The notes: generated by a model from the letters alone, not told the origin. Counted from the first letter of the stretch, positions 1 through 9,330 are shown. The stretch is DNA of 64,000 bases from a virus (IMGVR_UViG_2974720863_000001:6495-70494); one strand, 5' to 3'. A program made the numbers and translations.

Positions 1-152
1 TAAAAGAAAGTATTGTTCAGATGATTGCAGAAAGTCAAACTGAACTTAGACCCGTTACAGGTAAGAAGGTTAAGGCTGTGTCTGAACCAGTATATAACTT
101 TACCACAAGTACCCATACCTATTGCTTGGCTGATGATGTGGTAGTACACAAC
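1..152 (+). mobile_element. Intein C-terminal segment (splice junction His-Asn|Cys at 147-155)
   Basis: Codons CAC AAC TGT at 147-155, preceded by VYNFTTSTHTYCLADDVVV. Confidence 0.8.
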
Positions 153-299
153 TGTGATACCATCTCTATGCTGACTGTAATGAATGCTTGGATTCCAAGT
201 AAGAGCTCAGGTATGGAGAAGGTGGAAGGTAGTGACTTATGGGAAGATTCTCATTTCTCTGATGATGAAGGCAGTGGGTACAATTCATATGTAGTGTAA
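1..299 (+). CDS. terL: Terminase large subunit, C-terminal fragment (N4 gp68-like), including the C-terminal end of an intein; 5' part lies outside the window
   Basis: Frame is open upstream of the ATG at 21. PVYNFTT..HTY..VVVHN|C matches an intein block F/G end. It is followed by DTISML..W.PS, typical of N4-like terminase C-termini. The next gene is gp67-like. Confidence 0.8.
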   Translation, partial: KESIVQMIAESQTELRPVTGKKVKAVSEPVYNFTTSTHTYCLADDVVVHNCDTISMLTVMNAWIPSKSSGMEKVEGSDLWEDSHFSDDEGSGYNSYVV

Positions 300-331
300 G
301 ATATACTGAGGTTTACTAAGGAGCCTCAGTA

Positions 332-1042
332 ATGCAAATATCTGAAATATTTAATCAACTCGCTTATGGTGAGCTAAAGCAACACGGAATTGGTGGGCAA
401 GGAGATGGGATTCAACCTGAGAGTTATCCCGAACTCGTTGCCCATCTTAATTTCTCACTTCTTAATATCTACACTCGATTTCCTGTACTGGAGAAAGAGT
501 TAATCCTCAACCCATTACTCAACAAGACGCTGTATAAACTAGACCCTTCTAATGCCTTTAGTTCAGGTAATGAAGACTGGTTCATTGAAGACTCGATAGA
601 GTGTCCTTTCCTAGGGGACATCCTTCGCCTTAATGCAGTGTACAAAGAAGACGGTACGGAATTGATGTTTAATGATGAACATGCGGATGAGACGATATAC
701 ACTCCCTCATACAATATGGTTCAAATCCCATTGAGCATTACAGGCCCTCTTTACTTCATCTATCGAGGTAAACCTGAAAGGGTAGTAGCACCAGCAGATG
801 AAAGTGAGATAGATGATTTTCTGAACCAAGAAGTTACTATTCCTGATGTGTTAACGGAAGCATTGTTTGCCTATATAGAGTATCGTGTCTGTAAGGGTAT
901 TGGGGGAGAGCTTGGCCTAGCTCAAGCGAGTGTTGCGAAGCAACAGTACGAGCTGAGCTGTGTGGAAGTAGAGTCCCGTAACCTACTGAATACCTCAGCA
1001 CACGCCACAAGCATTAAACCAGAAAAAGGAGGATGGGTGTAA
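332..1042 (+). CDS. Head-tail adaptor / virion structural protein (N4 gp67-like)
   Basis: 236 aa directly after terminase; N-terminal LAYGEL motif and synteny with N4-like phages. Confidence 0.7.
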   Translation: MQISEIFNQLAYGELKQHGIGGQGDGIQPESYPELVAHLNFSLLNIYTRFPVLEKELILNPLLNKTLYKLDPSNAFSSGNEDWFIEDSIECPFLGDILRLNAVYKEDGTELMFNDEHADETIYTPSYNMVQIPLSITGPLYFIYRGKPERVVAPADESEIDDFLNQEVTIPDVLTEALFAYIEYRVCKGIGGELGLAQASVAKQQYELSCVEVESRNLLNTSAHATSIKPEKGGWV

Positions 1043-2268
1043 CTATGCGTATACCATCAAACGAAAGCACTGGAAGTACGAACCAATACAAGAGTGATAT
1101 CTCTAAAGTAGCAGATAACATTTCTCAAGTAGTGGACGTATCTAACAACATGGGGAACGTTCTTACCGTGGATGCTAATGAAGCAGACATCAAGACCGTT
1201 TCTACTAACATGCCTCAAGTTCTCTCTGTGGCATTAATCGACCAAGCAATCAAAACCTTGGCCAGTGATTTAAGCAACATTGATGCTGTGGCTGCTGAGC
1301 TAGGTAGTGTAGGTAATGTTAGTAATAACATGGCTACTATTCTACTCATCCACCAACGTATGGCTGACCTATTGAACATTACTGGTTCATTGGACAACAT
1401 TGATGCGGTAGCACTCAATGAGGCCAACATTAACTCAGTACAGGAACACATTCCTGAGATTACCACTGTGGTATCTCACATGGAGAGTATTGCTTATATT
1501 CATGAAAATGAAGCTGAGCTTGCACAAGTATTTGCTAACCTAACTGATATTGTATTAGTTGGTTCAGATATTGATTCAGTGAAGGTAGTAGCAGATAACA
1601 TCGATGCGGTGAAAGATGCCTCTACAGTAGCGGGCGATTTAGATGCACATCTGGTTCAGATGAAAGCTATTGAATCCAACGTTACTTCTCTAGAGCAACA
1701 ATCTGAAGACCACGCTACTGATGCCTTTAATAGCGCCACTGAAGCGGAAGCTAACAAAGATATTACAGTAATTGAAGCAACTAAGTCACAAGATGCTCGA
1801 CTGGCCTCTGAGAGCGCACAGGGAGCCTCTGAGATAGCATCAGGTGTTTCTCAAGCCAATGCCACTAAGACTGGCCAAGATGTGGTTCTAGCAGAAGCTG
1901 CAGCCACTCGTGCAGAACAGACAGAACAGACTGTAGTCACTCAAGGCGATGTTCAAATCAACCGTGTGAAAACGGAAGGTGATGCTCAAGTCTCTCGGGT
2001 AATAACTACTGGTTCAGAAGCTCTGGATGATATTGTTGTTCAAGTAGGCTATGCCAATACCGCAGCAAATACATCTGCCCTTAAGGCTACAGAAGCTTCT
2101 AATAGTGCTACAGCTTCTGGTGTGAAAGCTGACGAATCTGCTCAATATGCTCTTGATTCGCAAGCAAGTGCTGAGCTCTCAGCAGGGTATGCACCTTCAG
2201 CTATTAAATTAGCAACAGACTTAATTAGAACCCAAGAAATCATTGCGACACATCATCCGTTATCTTAG
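1033..2268 (+). CDS. Tail appendage / fibre-stem protein with coiled-coil repeats (N4 gp66 position)
   Basis: Heptad-like NIDAVA/DIKTV repeats, Ala-rich coiled coil, located after the adaptor gene. Confidence 0.6.
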   Translation: MGVTMRIPSNESTGSTNQYKSDISKVADNISQVVDVSNNMGNVLTVDANEADIKTVSTNMPQVLSVALIDQAIKTLASDLSNIDAVAAELGSVGNVSNNMATILLIHQRMADLLNITGSLDNIDAVALNEANINSVQEHIPEITTVVSHMESIAYIHENEAELAQVFANLTDIVLVGSDIDSVKVVADNIDAVKDASTVAGDLDAHLVQMKAIESNVTSLEQQSEDHATDAFNSATEAEANKDITVIEATKSQDARLASESAQGASEIASGVSQANATKTGQDVVLAEAAATRAEQTEQTVVTQGDVQINRVKTEGDAQVSRVITTGSEALDDIVVQVGYANTAANTSALKATEASNSATASGVKADESAQYALDSQASAELSAGYAPSAIKLATDLIRTQEIIATHHPLS

Positions 2269-2279
2269 GAGATAAATAC

Positions 2280-4943
2280 ATGGCAACAATAGAAGACTTG
2301 GCAAATCAGGTAGGGGAACTTACTGATGCCACAACAGACCTATTAACGGAAGTTAATGGACAAAAAGGAAGGCTAGAGAATTTAGCAGATGGTGCACAAG
2401 ATAGTGCTAATGACGCTCAATCCCACGCCAATGCCTCGGCAGGAAGTGCAATCGATTCTAGCAACTACGCTAATGATTCAGCAGGTAGCGCACAACAGTC
2501 TGCAACCAGTGCCGCAGAAGCTAAAACGTACCGTGACCAAGCAGAAGAAATCTCTGGTTTGGACACTGTAGAAGAAGCAGTTGATTTAGCACTAGATGCT
2601 CGACACTTTGGCGTATTGAGTGAAGCAGAGGCTGAGGCTATCCGCGCAGACAATAATGAACAGTTTGCGGCTAGCGGTTTTGTGCATATGGGCTTAGCCA
2701 GAGAGGATGGTGGCTCAATGATTCGCATTAACGAGGGGGCATGGTCAAGAATAAATGAAGATTTTCCAGATCAGCTCGCTTTAGGCTATTCACAAACTGA
2801 TACAGGTCGTGTAGGTAACTCTAAAACAGAGCAGGCAAGAACCATTATTGCAGGGTGTGTATCCACTATACAGACTAACGCTTATGGTGGATACGGGTAT
2901 CATACAGTCAAATTCCCCGAAGCACCAAACGGCACAGTAACCTATGACTCTGCCACAGGTGTTATCACTGACTTTACCAAGGATGTTGATCCTAAGTATG
3001 GCGATGTAGCTGCTGATGTTAATGAAGCTGTTGCAAGGGCTTTTGAAGGCGAAGTTAAGAATGGTGATTTTAGGTTTGGTGATAATGGGGATTGGAATGT
3101 TGGCGGAAACACTCCACCAACCTTGACTACTGATGGTGCATACTTCTCCGCAATAGACGGAACTATAGTTCCTGAGTTTAGCTCCATAATTGGAGAGGCT
3201 TATGAGGTTGAGGTTAATGTTGTACCGGATACCCCTACTGCGGGGAATCTTGGTTCACTGTCCTACAATAGTGGAGTAAGAATTGGCTATCTGGTGGAAG
3301 GTATAAACAAGATTACCTACACTCACGACGCATTACAAACGAGCACCGACCTATACCTACAATCTTGGGTAGCTGGTTTAACCATCTCAAACGTATCCAT
3401 CCGCAAAGTCACCAACGAAGTAGTAACAGAACGTGTAGACATGTGGGGATTTGAGCAATGGCATGAAGAAGTAACTGATGGTGAAGTATTTGATTGTGTC
3501 CAGTCATTAGCTACTACATTTGGTGATACCGATGTACCTACTGTTTTATCTAAACGTCCATTAAGTTACTTTCAAGTGTATGACGGTCAGTTTGAAGACC
3601 CTAGTGCCATCAATGACCAATACCGATGTGTTGATTGGAATACCATTACTGACGTACAGAAAGTGAAGGTAGCTGCTTACCTGAAAGAGAAACTGTTTGT
3701 AGGTGAGAATGGTAATCTGGTTAATGTGCGTATTCGTCAACGTACTATTGCAGGTGCAGGTAATGGGGATTGGTATTCTACAAATAGTACCGCAACTGGG
3801 AGAATGCAAGTAACTCCTCATATAGACTCTCGACTAGCCCCAAGAGGTGCAAGAGATGCTTCTAATGATTATCACATAGGATTTGCAAATGATTGTTTTG
3901 AAGGTGATACAACTTCTGTTGGTGTTTGGAAACTAGTGGTATCTACTCAAACAATCGATGTAGCATACAAAAGCGAATGCTACTTCCTAGTATGTGGTAC
4001 TGTTCCAAGATTGAACCAAGGTGCTTATCATCCTAGGTTTAATGAAATGGGTGCCGATGGCTTTACAACTGGTGATGGACAGAGGCGTGCATACTGGTAC
4101 GAGGCTGATCTGATGAATACACCTACGGCACCTCGGGACTGCTTTGTGGCAGGGTCTGGCGGATACCCAAGACCAGCAGATACGTTTCGATATGGACATG
4201 GGTTTATTTCAAGTGGTGGTTCAGGTAGACCAGACGGTCGTTTCTACGATGCCATTTACGCAGGTGGCGTAGGCGGTTGCATCGATATGCGCTTATCTGC
4301 TCATGATGCTTCTAGTACTGAGAAAGCTTCTGAGGTACGTGCTAGTGTTGAGAATGGTACTTATCGTGGTATAGAAGATCTGACTAAAACTTATGTATTA
4401 GGTTTGGGTGATGGTGCGTATTTCTATTGCTACGGGACCGGTACGCCTATCAGACCTAATGGTGATAACTCCCCTCAACTATCAGGAGGTGTGGCTAATT
4501 GGTTAGGTGCAACGTCTACTGACACTACTTACATGCTTCAGGGTGAAAACCGTACTACTCAAGACTGGTTAGCACAAGGGTTTCATTGTTACTTGAAAGG
4601 GACTGGCGGGAATGAAGCGGCAGATGCAACAGAAACTACTCAAACCACAGAGTATTTCTTCAGGATATCTGGGACAACTTCTGGCGATCTGATGCACCTT
4701 ACTCCAATGGAGGGCTACCCTGTTAGGGGTGGTACTAATGGAACTCGATTAATCCTCAATAACTGCACACTTACATTTACTGTGAATAGTTGGCAAGGGG
4801 ATTCTTACGGAATGGACACTAAGAAATCCGACATCTCAGTATCAGGTGAGTTCACTCAACAAACACTGTATGGAGATCCGTCAACTTTACTTCAAGCACT
4901 CCCTGATGGATGGTATGGAGACTGGGGTGGGTTAATTAGTTAA
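2280..4943 (+). CDS. Tail fibre / receptor-binding protein, N-terminal part
   Basis: 887 aa; N-terminal coiled-coil anchor then Gly/aromatic-rich beta domains; FPEAPNGTVTYD and VPRLNQGAYHP motifs recalled from marine vibriophage fibres. Confidence 0.6.
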   Translation: MATIEDLANQVGELTDATTDLLTEVNGQKGRLENLADGAQDSANDAQSHANASAGSAIDSSNYANDSAGSAQQSATSAAEAKTYRDQAEEISGLDTVEEAVDLALDARHFGVLSEAEAEAIRADNNEQFAASGFVHMGLAREDGGSMIRINEGAWSRINEDFPDQLALGYSQTDTGRVGNSKTEQARTIIAGCVSTIQTNAYGGYGYHTVKFPEAPNGTVTYDSATGVITDFTKDVDPKYGDVAADVNEAVARAFEGEVKNGDFRFGDNGDWNVGGNTPPTLTTDGAYFSAIDGTIVPEFSSIIGEAYEVEVNVVPDTPTAGNLGSLSYNSGVRIGYLVEGINKITYTHDALQTSTDLYLQSWVAGLTISNVSIRKVTNEVVTERVDMWGFEQWHEEVTDGEVFDCVQSLATTFGDTDVPTVLSKRPLSYFQVYDGQFEDPSAINDQYRCVDWNTITDVQKVKVAAYLKEKLFVGENGNLVNVRIRQRTIAGAGNGDWYSTNSTATGRMQVTPHIDSRLAPRGARDASNDYHIGFANDCFEGDTTSVGVWKLVVSTQTIDVAYKSECYFLVCGTVPRLNQGAYHPRFNEMGADGFTTGDGQRRAYWYEADLMNTPTAPRDCFVAGSGGYPRPADTFRYGHGFISSGGSGRPDGRFYDAIYAGGVGGCIDMRLSAHDASSTEKASEVRASVENGTYRGIEDLTKTYVLGLGDGAYFYCYGTGTPIRPNGDNSPQLSGGVANWLGATSTDTTYMLQGENRTTQDWLAQGFHCYLKGTGGNEAADATETTQTTEYFFRISGTTSGDLMHLTPMEGYPVRGGTNGTRLILNNCTLTFTVNSWQGDSYGMDTKKSDISVSGEFTQQTLYGDPSTLLQALPDGWYGDWGGLIS

Positions 4944-4969
4944 TAAAAGGATCGCCGTTTACAAAGTCG

Positions 4970-4978
4970 TGGTATAAT
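4970..4978 (+). promoter_or_regulatory. Extended -10 promoter (TGnTATAAT) upstream of the HNH gene
   Basis: TGGTATAAT at 4970-4978, 28 nt before the ATG at 5007; GGGAG RBS present. Confidence 0.5.
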
Positions 4979-5006
4979 TTAATTTTAATTTTAATGGGAG
5001 AAAGTT

Positions 5007-5657
5007 ATGCCACGCAAACCAAAAGATATAACAGGTAATGTGTACACCAGACTTACAGCGTTAAGCGATACAGGTAGAAAGACTTATGGGCAGGTATGGT
5101 TGTTTCGCTGTGAATGTGGAACGGTTAAAGAGATAGTTAAATCAGAAGTTACAGGTGGAAAGATACGCAGTTGTGGGTGCTTACCAAACGGGGGTCGCTT
5201 CAAAAAGACTCATGGAGGCACTCATGATTACACTTACGTTTCTTGGAGAAGTATGTTAGATAGGTGTTATAGGGAGAGCGCTGAAAACTACCCTATATAT
5301 GGCGGTAAAGGCATTACCGTTTGCCCTCAATGGAGAAGCTCTTACGAGACATTCTTAGCTGATATGGGTGAACGCCCTCAAGGATTCACAATAGACCGTA
5401 TTGATGGAGCCAAGGGGTATTACCCTGACAACTGTAGATGGGCTAGTGCAATCACTCAAGCAAACAACACCACTAAAAATGTACACCTGACTCTTGGTTC
5501 AGTTACCAGAACCATAAGGGAATGGGCTGATGAAACAGGATTACCTTTAACAGCATTGCGTTGTAGATTAAATAATGGTTGGACGGTAGAAGAAGTATTG
5601 ACCACCCCACGCTATAAGCATCGTGGGCACACAAAAAGATACGAGGATAAATCATAA
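5007..5657 (+). CDS. HNH homing endonuclease (free-standing)
   Basis: WLFRCECG..SCGC zinc module, W.SMLDRCY, YGGKGITVC..W, TIDRIDG..GY.PDNCRW..QANN. Confidence 0.9.
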   Translation: MPRKPKDITGNVYTRLTALSDTGRKTYGQVWLFRCECGTVKEIVKSEVTGGKIRSCGCLPNGGRFKKTHGGTHDYTYVSWRSMLDRCYRESAENYPIYGGKGITVCPQWRSSYETFLADMGERPQGFTIDRIDGAKGYYPDNCRWASAITQANNTTKNVHLTLGSVTRTIREWADETGLPLTALRCRLNNGWTVEEVLTTPRYKHRGHTKRYEDKS

Positions 5658-6328
5658 TGGCTACAGTTTATTTAGATATTCCTAGAAAATCTCTAGGGCA
5701 GTTACAAGTAATAAGATCGACAGATGCAGGGGAAACATGGGCAACTGTTACAGGCACGTTGGACAGCGTTAAGAATCAATTAGCAGTAGATGCGGAAGAC
5801 ACAGATATTGTAATGCTATCGAGCACAGCATTCGCCAAGCAAACCACAGAGTCTGTTAATAGCCCTGTATTGCATGGTGGAGCAGGCTTGGGGGGCGTGT
5901 ATTCTACTTCATTCCATGAACATGGATATGGTGCTTGTTTGCAGGAATCTCTAGTAGGGAAAGTCCCTACAGGGAATATTGCTTTAGCTTTCTGGGAAAA
6001 TATGTTGACAGGTTTCAAAATATACCCCGATTGGCGTATGCAGGGGTACTCCTCAGTGGCCCCTACACACACGCCTATTCAACTGGCGGGAGTCTCTTCA
6101 CCTGCTGTTAAGTCACTAAGTTACCAAGTGGCTAACAATAACCAAGCATCTATGAACTTCGCTTTCAATGAGTTGGTTTGGGATACGGATGTTGGTGATT
6201 GGGGTGATGATTCCAAAGTTTATATTGCTGATGGTGTAACTACAGGTACAGACTTAAACGGCAATACTCGTTTAATCGGTACACATACTCTTGCACTACC
6301 TTATGGTTGGGTGCGTAACACAATTTAA
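5657..6328 (+). CDS. Tail fibre C-terminal domain as a separate ORF (probably the distal half of 2280..4943)
   Basis: TAATG overlap with the HNH stop; beta-rich; ends ..GTHTLALPYGW, recalled as a typical ending of these fibres. Confidence 0.5.
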   Translation: MATVYLDIPRKSLGQLQVIRSTDAGETWATVTGTLDSVKNQLAVDAEDTDIVMLSSTAFAKQTTESVNSPVLHGGAGLGGVYSTSFHEHGYGACLQESLVGKVPTGNIALAFWENMLTGFKIYPDWRMQGYSSVAPTHTPIQLAGVSSPAVKSLSYQVANNNQASMNFAFNELVWDTDVGDWGDDSKVYIADGVTTGTDLNGNTRLIGTHTLALPYGWVRNTI

Positions 6329-7209
6329 TGGAGATTGGGGTGGTAACACCCCTCTATAAAAATATGTTTAAAGAAACACAAGGTTACGTGAAAGACTTGC
6401 CTGAAGTAATGCAACCTTTCTACCTAGACGAATTACGTTCTGAGCCTTTGCTTGATGACAATGGTGAGCAGGTACTGCAGGAAGAGGAATATGAATACTT
6501 AGATGAGAATGGAGACACTCAAACTGGTGTTCGTATGGTTCCTGTTTTCCATGATGTTAACTACGTAGTAGAGAAACCTCGCTATGATCTGAAGTCTTGG
6601 GACTATGTAGAAAAGGCTAAGAACTACGACGCTAAGATGTATGGTATCCACAAAGCCTGTGAAGCTGAGCAATGGGCTTACCATGATGAATACGTTGAGT
6701 GGTATTTCAGACCTGAACCAAAACGTGCTCAAGATGAGAATGGTCAGTTCATCGGTGATGATCCAGAGACCCCTGAGAATGAGGCATGGGAGAATGGTTT
6801 CACGCCTGAGATGTATGCTGCACAACCTGAACCAATTAATACCTCTACCGAACCTGAACCAATTAATACCTCTACCGAACCTGAACCAATTATTGAAGAA
6901 CTTCATCAAGAGTTAGCTAAACAGACTCGTGACGAGGCAGTAAAGGAGAACATTTCAATGTTTGGCGGAGAATGGCAGGTACGGGATAAGGATATGATTA
7001 ATGTCCAAGATGCCATTGATGAAGCTGAGTTCTTAGGGTTACCTCCTGAAGCTACTGAACCATGGATTCTTGCGGATAACTCTATCCGTCCTACGACTGC
7101 CCTAGAGCTAAAGCAAATCAAGTCTGCTCGTGCTCAACATAAGTCATCCGTATTTGCTGCCTATGCCATATGGAGGGAGGGGGATAAGCTCACTCCATTC
7201 ATTATATGA
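6328..7209 (+). CDS. Tail fibre assembly / DUF4376-like protein
   Basis: C-terminal WQVRDKD...WILADNS motif; follows the fibre genes; acidic. Confidence 0.5.
   Translation: MEIGVVTPLYKNMFKETQGYVKDLPEVMQPFYLDELRSEPLLDDNGEQVLQEEEYEYLDENGDTQTGVRMVPVFHDVNYVVEKPRYDLKSWDYVEKAKNYDAKMYGIHKACEAEQWAYHDEYVEWYFRPEPKRAQDENGQFIGDDPETPENEAWENGFTPEMYAAQPEPINTSTEPEPINTSTEPEPIIEELHQELAKQTRDEAVKENISMFGGEWQVRDKDMINVQDAIDEAEFLGLPPEATEPWILADNSIRPTTALELKQIKSARAQHKSSVFAAYAIWREGDKLTPFII
6824..6891 (+). repeat. In-frame 27-bp tandem repeat, about 2.5 copies (PEPINTSTE)
   Basis: AACCTGAACCAATTAATACCTCTACCG at 6824-6850 and 6851-6877, partial copy at 6878-6891. Confidence 0.95.
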
Positions 7210-7311
7210 AGTGGATAGTTATCGTAGGTTTAGTGTTAGGTTTCATCTTCTTAGGAGGATGGGCTTTCATAGAAGCCATCAGAGATGTACATTACACATG
7301 ATATAAACTAA

Positions 7312-7332
7312 GTGCCCTTCGGGGCACTATTT
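7312..7332 (+). terminator. Rho-independent terminator
   Basis: GTGCCC-TTCG-GGGCAC followed by TATTT. Confidence 0.7.
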
Positions 7333-7542
7333 AACTTCAGATAGTACTTTTTTGTATACCTTTTAAGGTGTTATAGTAATAACACCTTAACACGCTAGGT
7401 ATAACAATATGGAAATAAATGGCTTATTAACCTCTGCATTAGAGTGCGCAGTTACTGGCTTCTTTGCAGCTCTGTTCTTCATTATCTTTGATGTACTCAT
7501 CACACCCTCTGATGATTGTAAAGTTGTAGGAGGAGATGATTA

Positions 7543-8367
7543 ATGACTAAGAAAATTGATAAAACTCTAAGGCGTGAAAAACGCAGAGAGAAAAAACAAC
7601 GCCAACATCAAGATTCCACTCCTAAAGCACAAGCCCCTAAACCTAAGCAATTCGATGTTATTCAGACATCTACCCATAAAGCATATCAACACGCCTTATT
7701 CTCAAGAGACCGTGCACCTGTACTTTGTCTTGGTTCAGCAGGCACCGGTAAAACCTTTGGTGCTATCAAAGCAGCAATGGTTCAATTAGAAGCCAAGCAT
7801 ATTAAACGCATCATTGTCCTACGTCCCCAAGAAACTTTTGCAGCTAAAGCAGGTTATTTACCCGGCACTGAACGTGAGAAACTTGAACCATGGATTCGTC
7901 CTATTCACCAGAATCTGAAGAAGCTAGGCTACTCACAATCCGCTATTGAACTCATGGAGAAGAACGAAGTCCTCTGCTACTACGACCTTGGTATGGTTCA
8001 GGGTTTAACCTTTGACCAAGCCATGATTATTATTGATGAACCTCAGAACATGACATACGAACAAATCGAGGGTGTACTCACTCGTGAAGGTATGTGGTCA
8101 CGTACTGTGTTCTGTGGAGATGTCCGTCAGACTTCACCTAAATTCAATAACTCAGGGTTACCTAGATTTATAGACATGGTTCAGGTTATGAACTCAGACA
8201 TACATTACATAGAAATGACCCGTGATGACGTGGTACGCTCTCCTAGATGCAAACAGTGGATTGCAGACTTTGAAGATTACGAGGCAGGCATTCGTCCTAA
8301 CGATTATAAAGATATGATGGATGAACCAAAACCTGACCCGTTATCGTTGTACGATGAAGTGGCTTAG
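7543..8367 (+). CDS. phoH: PhoH-family ATPase
   Basis: GSAGTGKT Walker A, GYLPGT.REKL.PW, IIIDEPQN, CGDVRQ, DDVVRS. Confidence 0.9.
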   Translation: MTKKIDKTLRREKRREKKQRQHQDSTPKAQAPKPKQFDVIQTSTHKAYQHALFSRDRAPVLCLGSAGTGKTFGAIKAAMVQLEAKHIKRIIVLRPQETFAAKAGYLPGTEREKLEPWIRPIHQNLKKLGYSQSAIELMEKNEVLCYYDLGMVQGLTFDQAMIIIDEPQNMTYEQIEGVLTREGMWSRTVFCGDVRQTSPKFNNSGLPRFIDMVQVMNSDIHYIEMTRDDVVRSPRCKQWIADFEDYEAGIRPNDYKDMMDEPKPDPLSLYDEVA

Positions 8368-8376
8368 GAGAAAAAT

Positions 8377-8538
8377 ATGAACTGTGTATTCTGTGGGGGT
8401 GATTTGCTTATTCACAATGCCCATTGGATTGACCCATTCGTGGAGTGCTCATGCACTCCTCACTTAATGCGTAAGAGTGAAATGGATGCGCACATGTATG
8501 AAAAAGAGAAGGAACAAGGAGAAGTGCTCTGTGATTAA
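8377..8538 (+). CDS. Small zinc-finger-like protein (53 aa; not in ORF track)
   Basis: MNCVFCGG...ECSC; GGAG RBS; overlaps the endolysin start. Confidence 0.45.
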   Translation: MNCVFCGGDLLIHNAHWIDPFVECSCTPHLMRKSEMDAHMYEKEKEQGEVLCD

Positions 8539-8908
8539 GACTGATAACTTTAACCCGCAACAAGACCCCAAACTACTATGTACATGTAATCATCCTGATT
8601 GTGATGAACGCAGCGTGAACCAAGAAACCTTAGATAAACTTCAACTGGTTCGAGAATGGTTAAACTCCCCTATGTATGTTACCAGTGGTGGACGTTGCCC
8701 AAATCATAAAAATGAACAACATCGTTCTAAACCTGCTGACCACCAGAAATGTATTGGGGTAGATGTGTTCTATAAATCTGAAGAAGAGTGCAACCTCATC
8801 ATGCTCTATGGTGCTCGTGCAGGATTCACAGCAATCGCTAGAGGCAAGAACTTTGTTCATCTAGGCAACCGTCCTCAAAAACATTTCTCAACGTGGAGTT
8901 ACTCATGA
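8531..8908 (+). CDS. Endolysin, peptidase M15 family (probable GTG start at 8531)
   Basis: VTSGGRCPNH, H....GVD, FVHLG Zn-peptidase motifs; adjacent to the holin. Confidence 0.85.
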   Translation: MIKTDNFNPQQDPKLLCTCNHPDCDERSVNQETLDKLQLVREWLNSPMYVTSGGRCPNHKNEQHRSKPADHQKCIGVDVFYKSEEECNLIMLYGARAGFTAIARGKNFVHLGNRPQKHFSTWSYS

Positions 8909-9330
8909 GTTGGATTACATCCCTGTTTAGCAGTTCAGTCGGTACGGTAATTGAAAAGGCAGGTAATGCCATCGATAAGTTGGTCACTTCTGATGAAGAA
9001 CGTCTGGCTTTACGTAATGAGTTAGAGGCCATTGGCAAGGAAGCAGATAAAGAAGGTAACCGTCATATTGAATCAATGGAGCAGGAACTGAGTGCACGTC
9101 ATAAAGCAGATATGGCATCTGATTCATGGCTCAGCAAGAACGTCAGGCCTTTGACGTTAATCTTCCTGACAGCGGCTACAGTACTAATGGCATTCTGTAC
9201 GGTATTCTACACAGAAACACTTCCTAACCTTGACCCTTGGGTCAATCTACTTACTACCTTATTGGGTGTAGTGTACGTGTTCTATTTCGGTAGTCGTGGT
9301 ATCGAAAAGGTACAGAAACTGAAAAAGTAG
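8905..9330 (+). CDS. Holin (3TM holin family)
   Basis: SDSWLSKNVRPL, two hydrophobic helices, YFGSRG.EK end. Confidence 0.8.
   Translation: MSWITSLFSSSVGTVIEKAGNAIDKLVTSDEERLALRNELEAIGKEADKEGNRHIESMEQELSARHKADMASDSWLSKNVRPLTLIFLTAATVLMAFCTVFYTETLPNLDPWVNLLTTLLGVVYVFYFGSRGIEKVQKLKK

Noticed and set aside
4941-5657. Group I intron carrying the HNH gene inside the tail-fibre gene
   Set aside because: Only about 63 nt of non-coding sequence are available, too little for a catalytic core. It is treated as a free-standing insertion instead.
6824-6891. Possible CRISPR-like or mini-array repeat
   Set aside because: The copies are contiguous, have no spacers and lie in frame in a CDS. No CRISPR array was seen in the window.
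7330-7540. Pho box upstream of phoH
   Set aside because: I could not see CTGTCAT-type tandem repeats, only the inverted repeat reported above.
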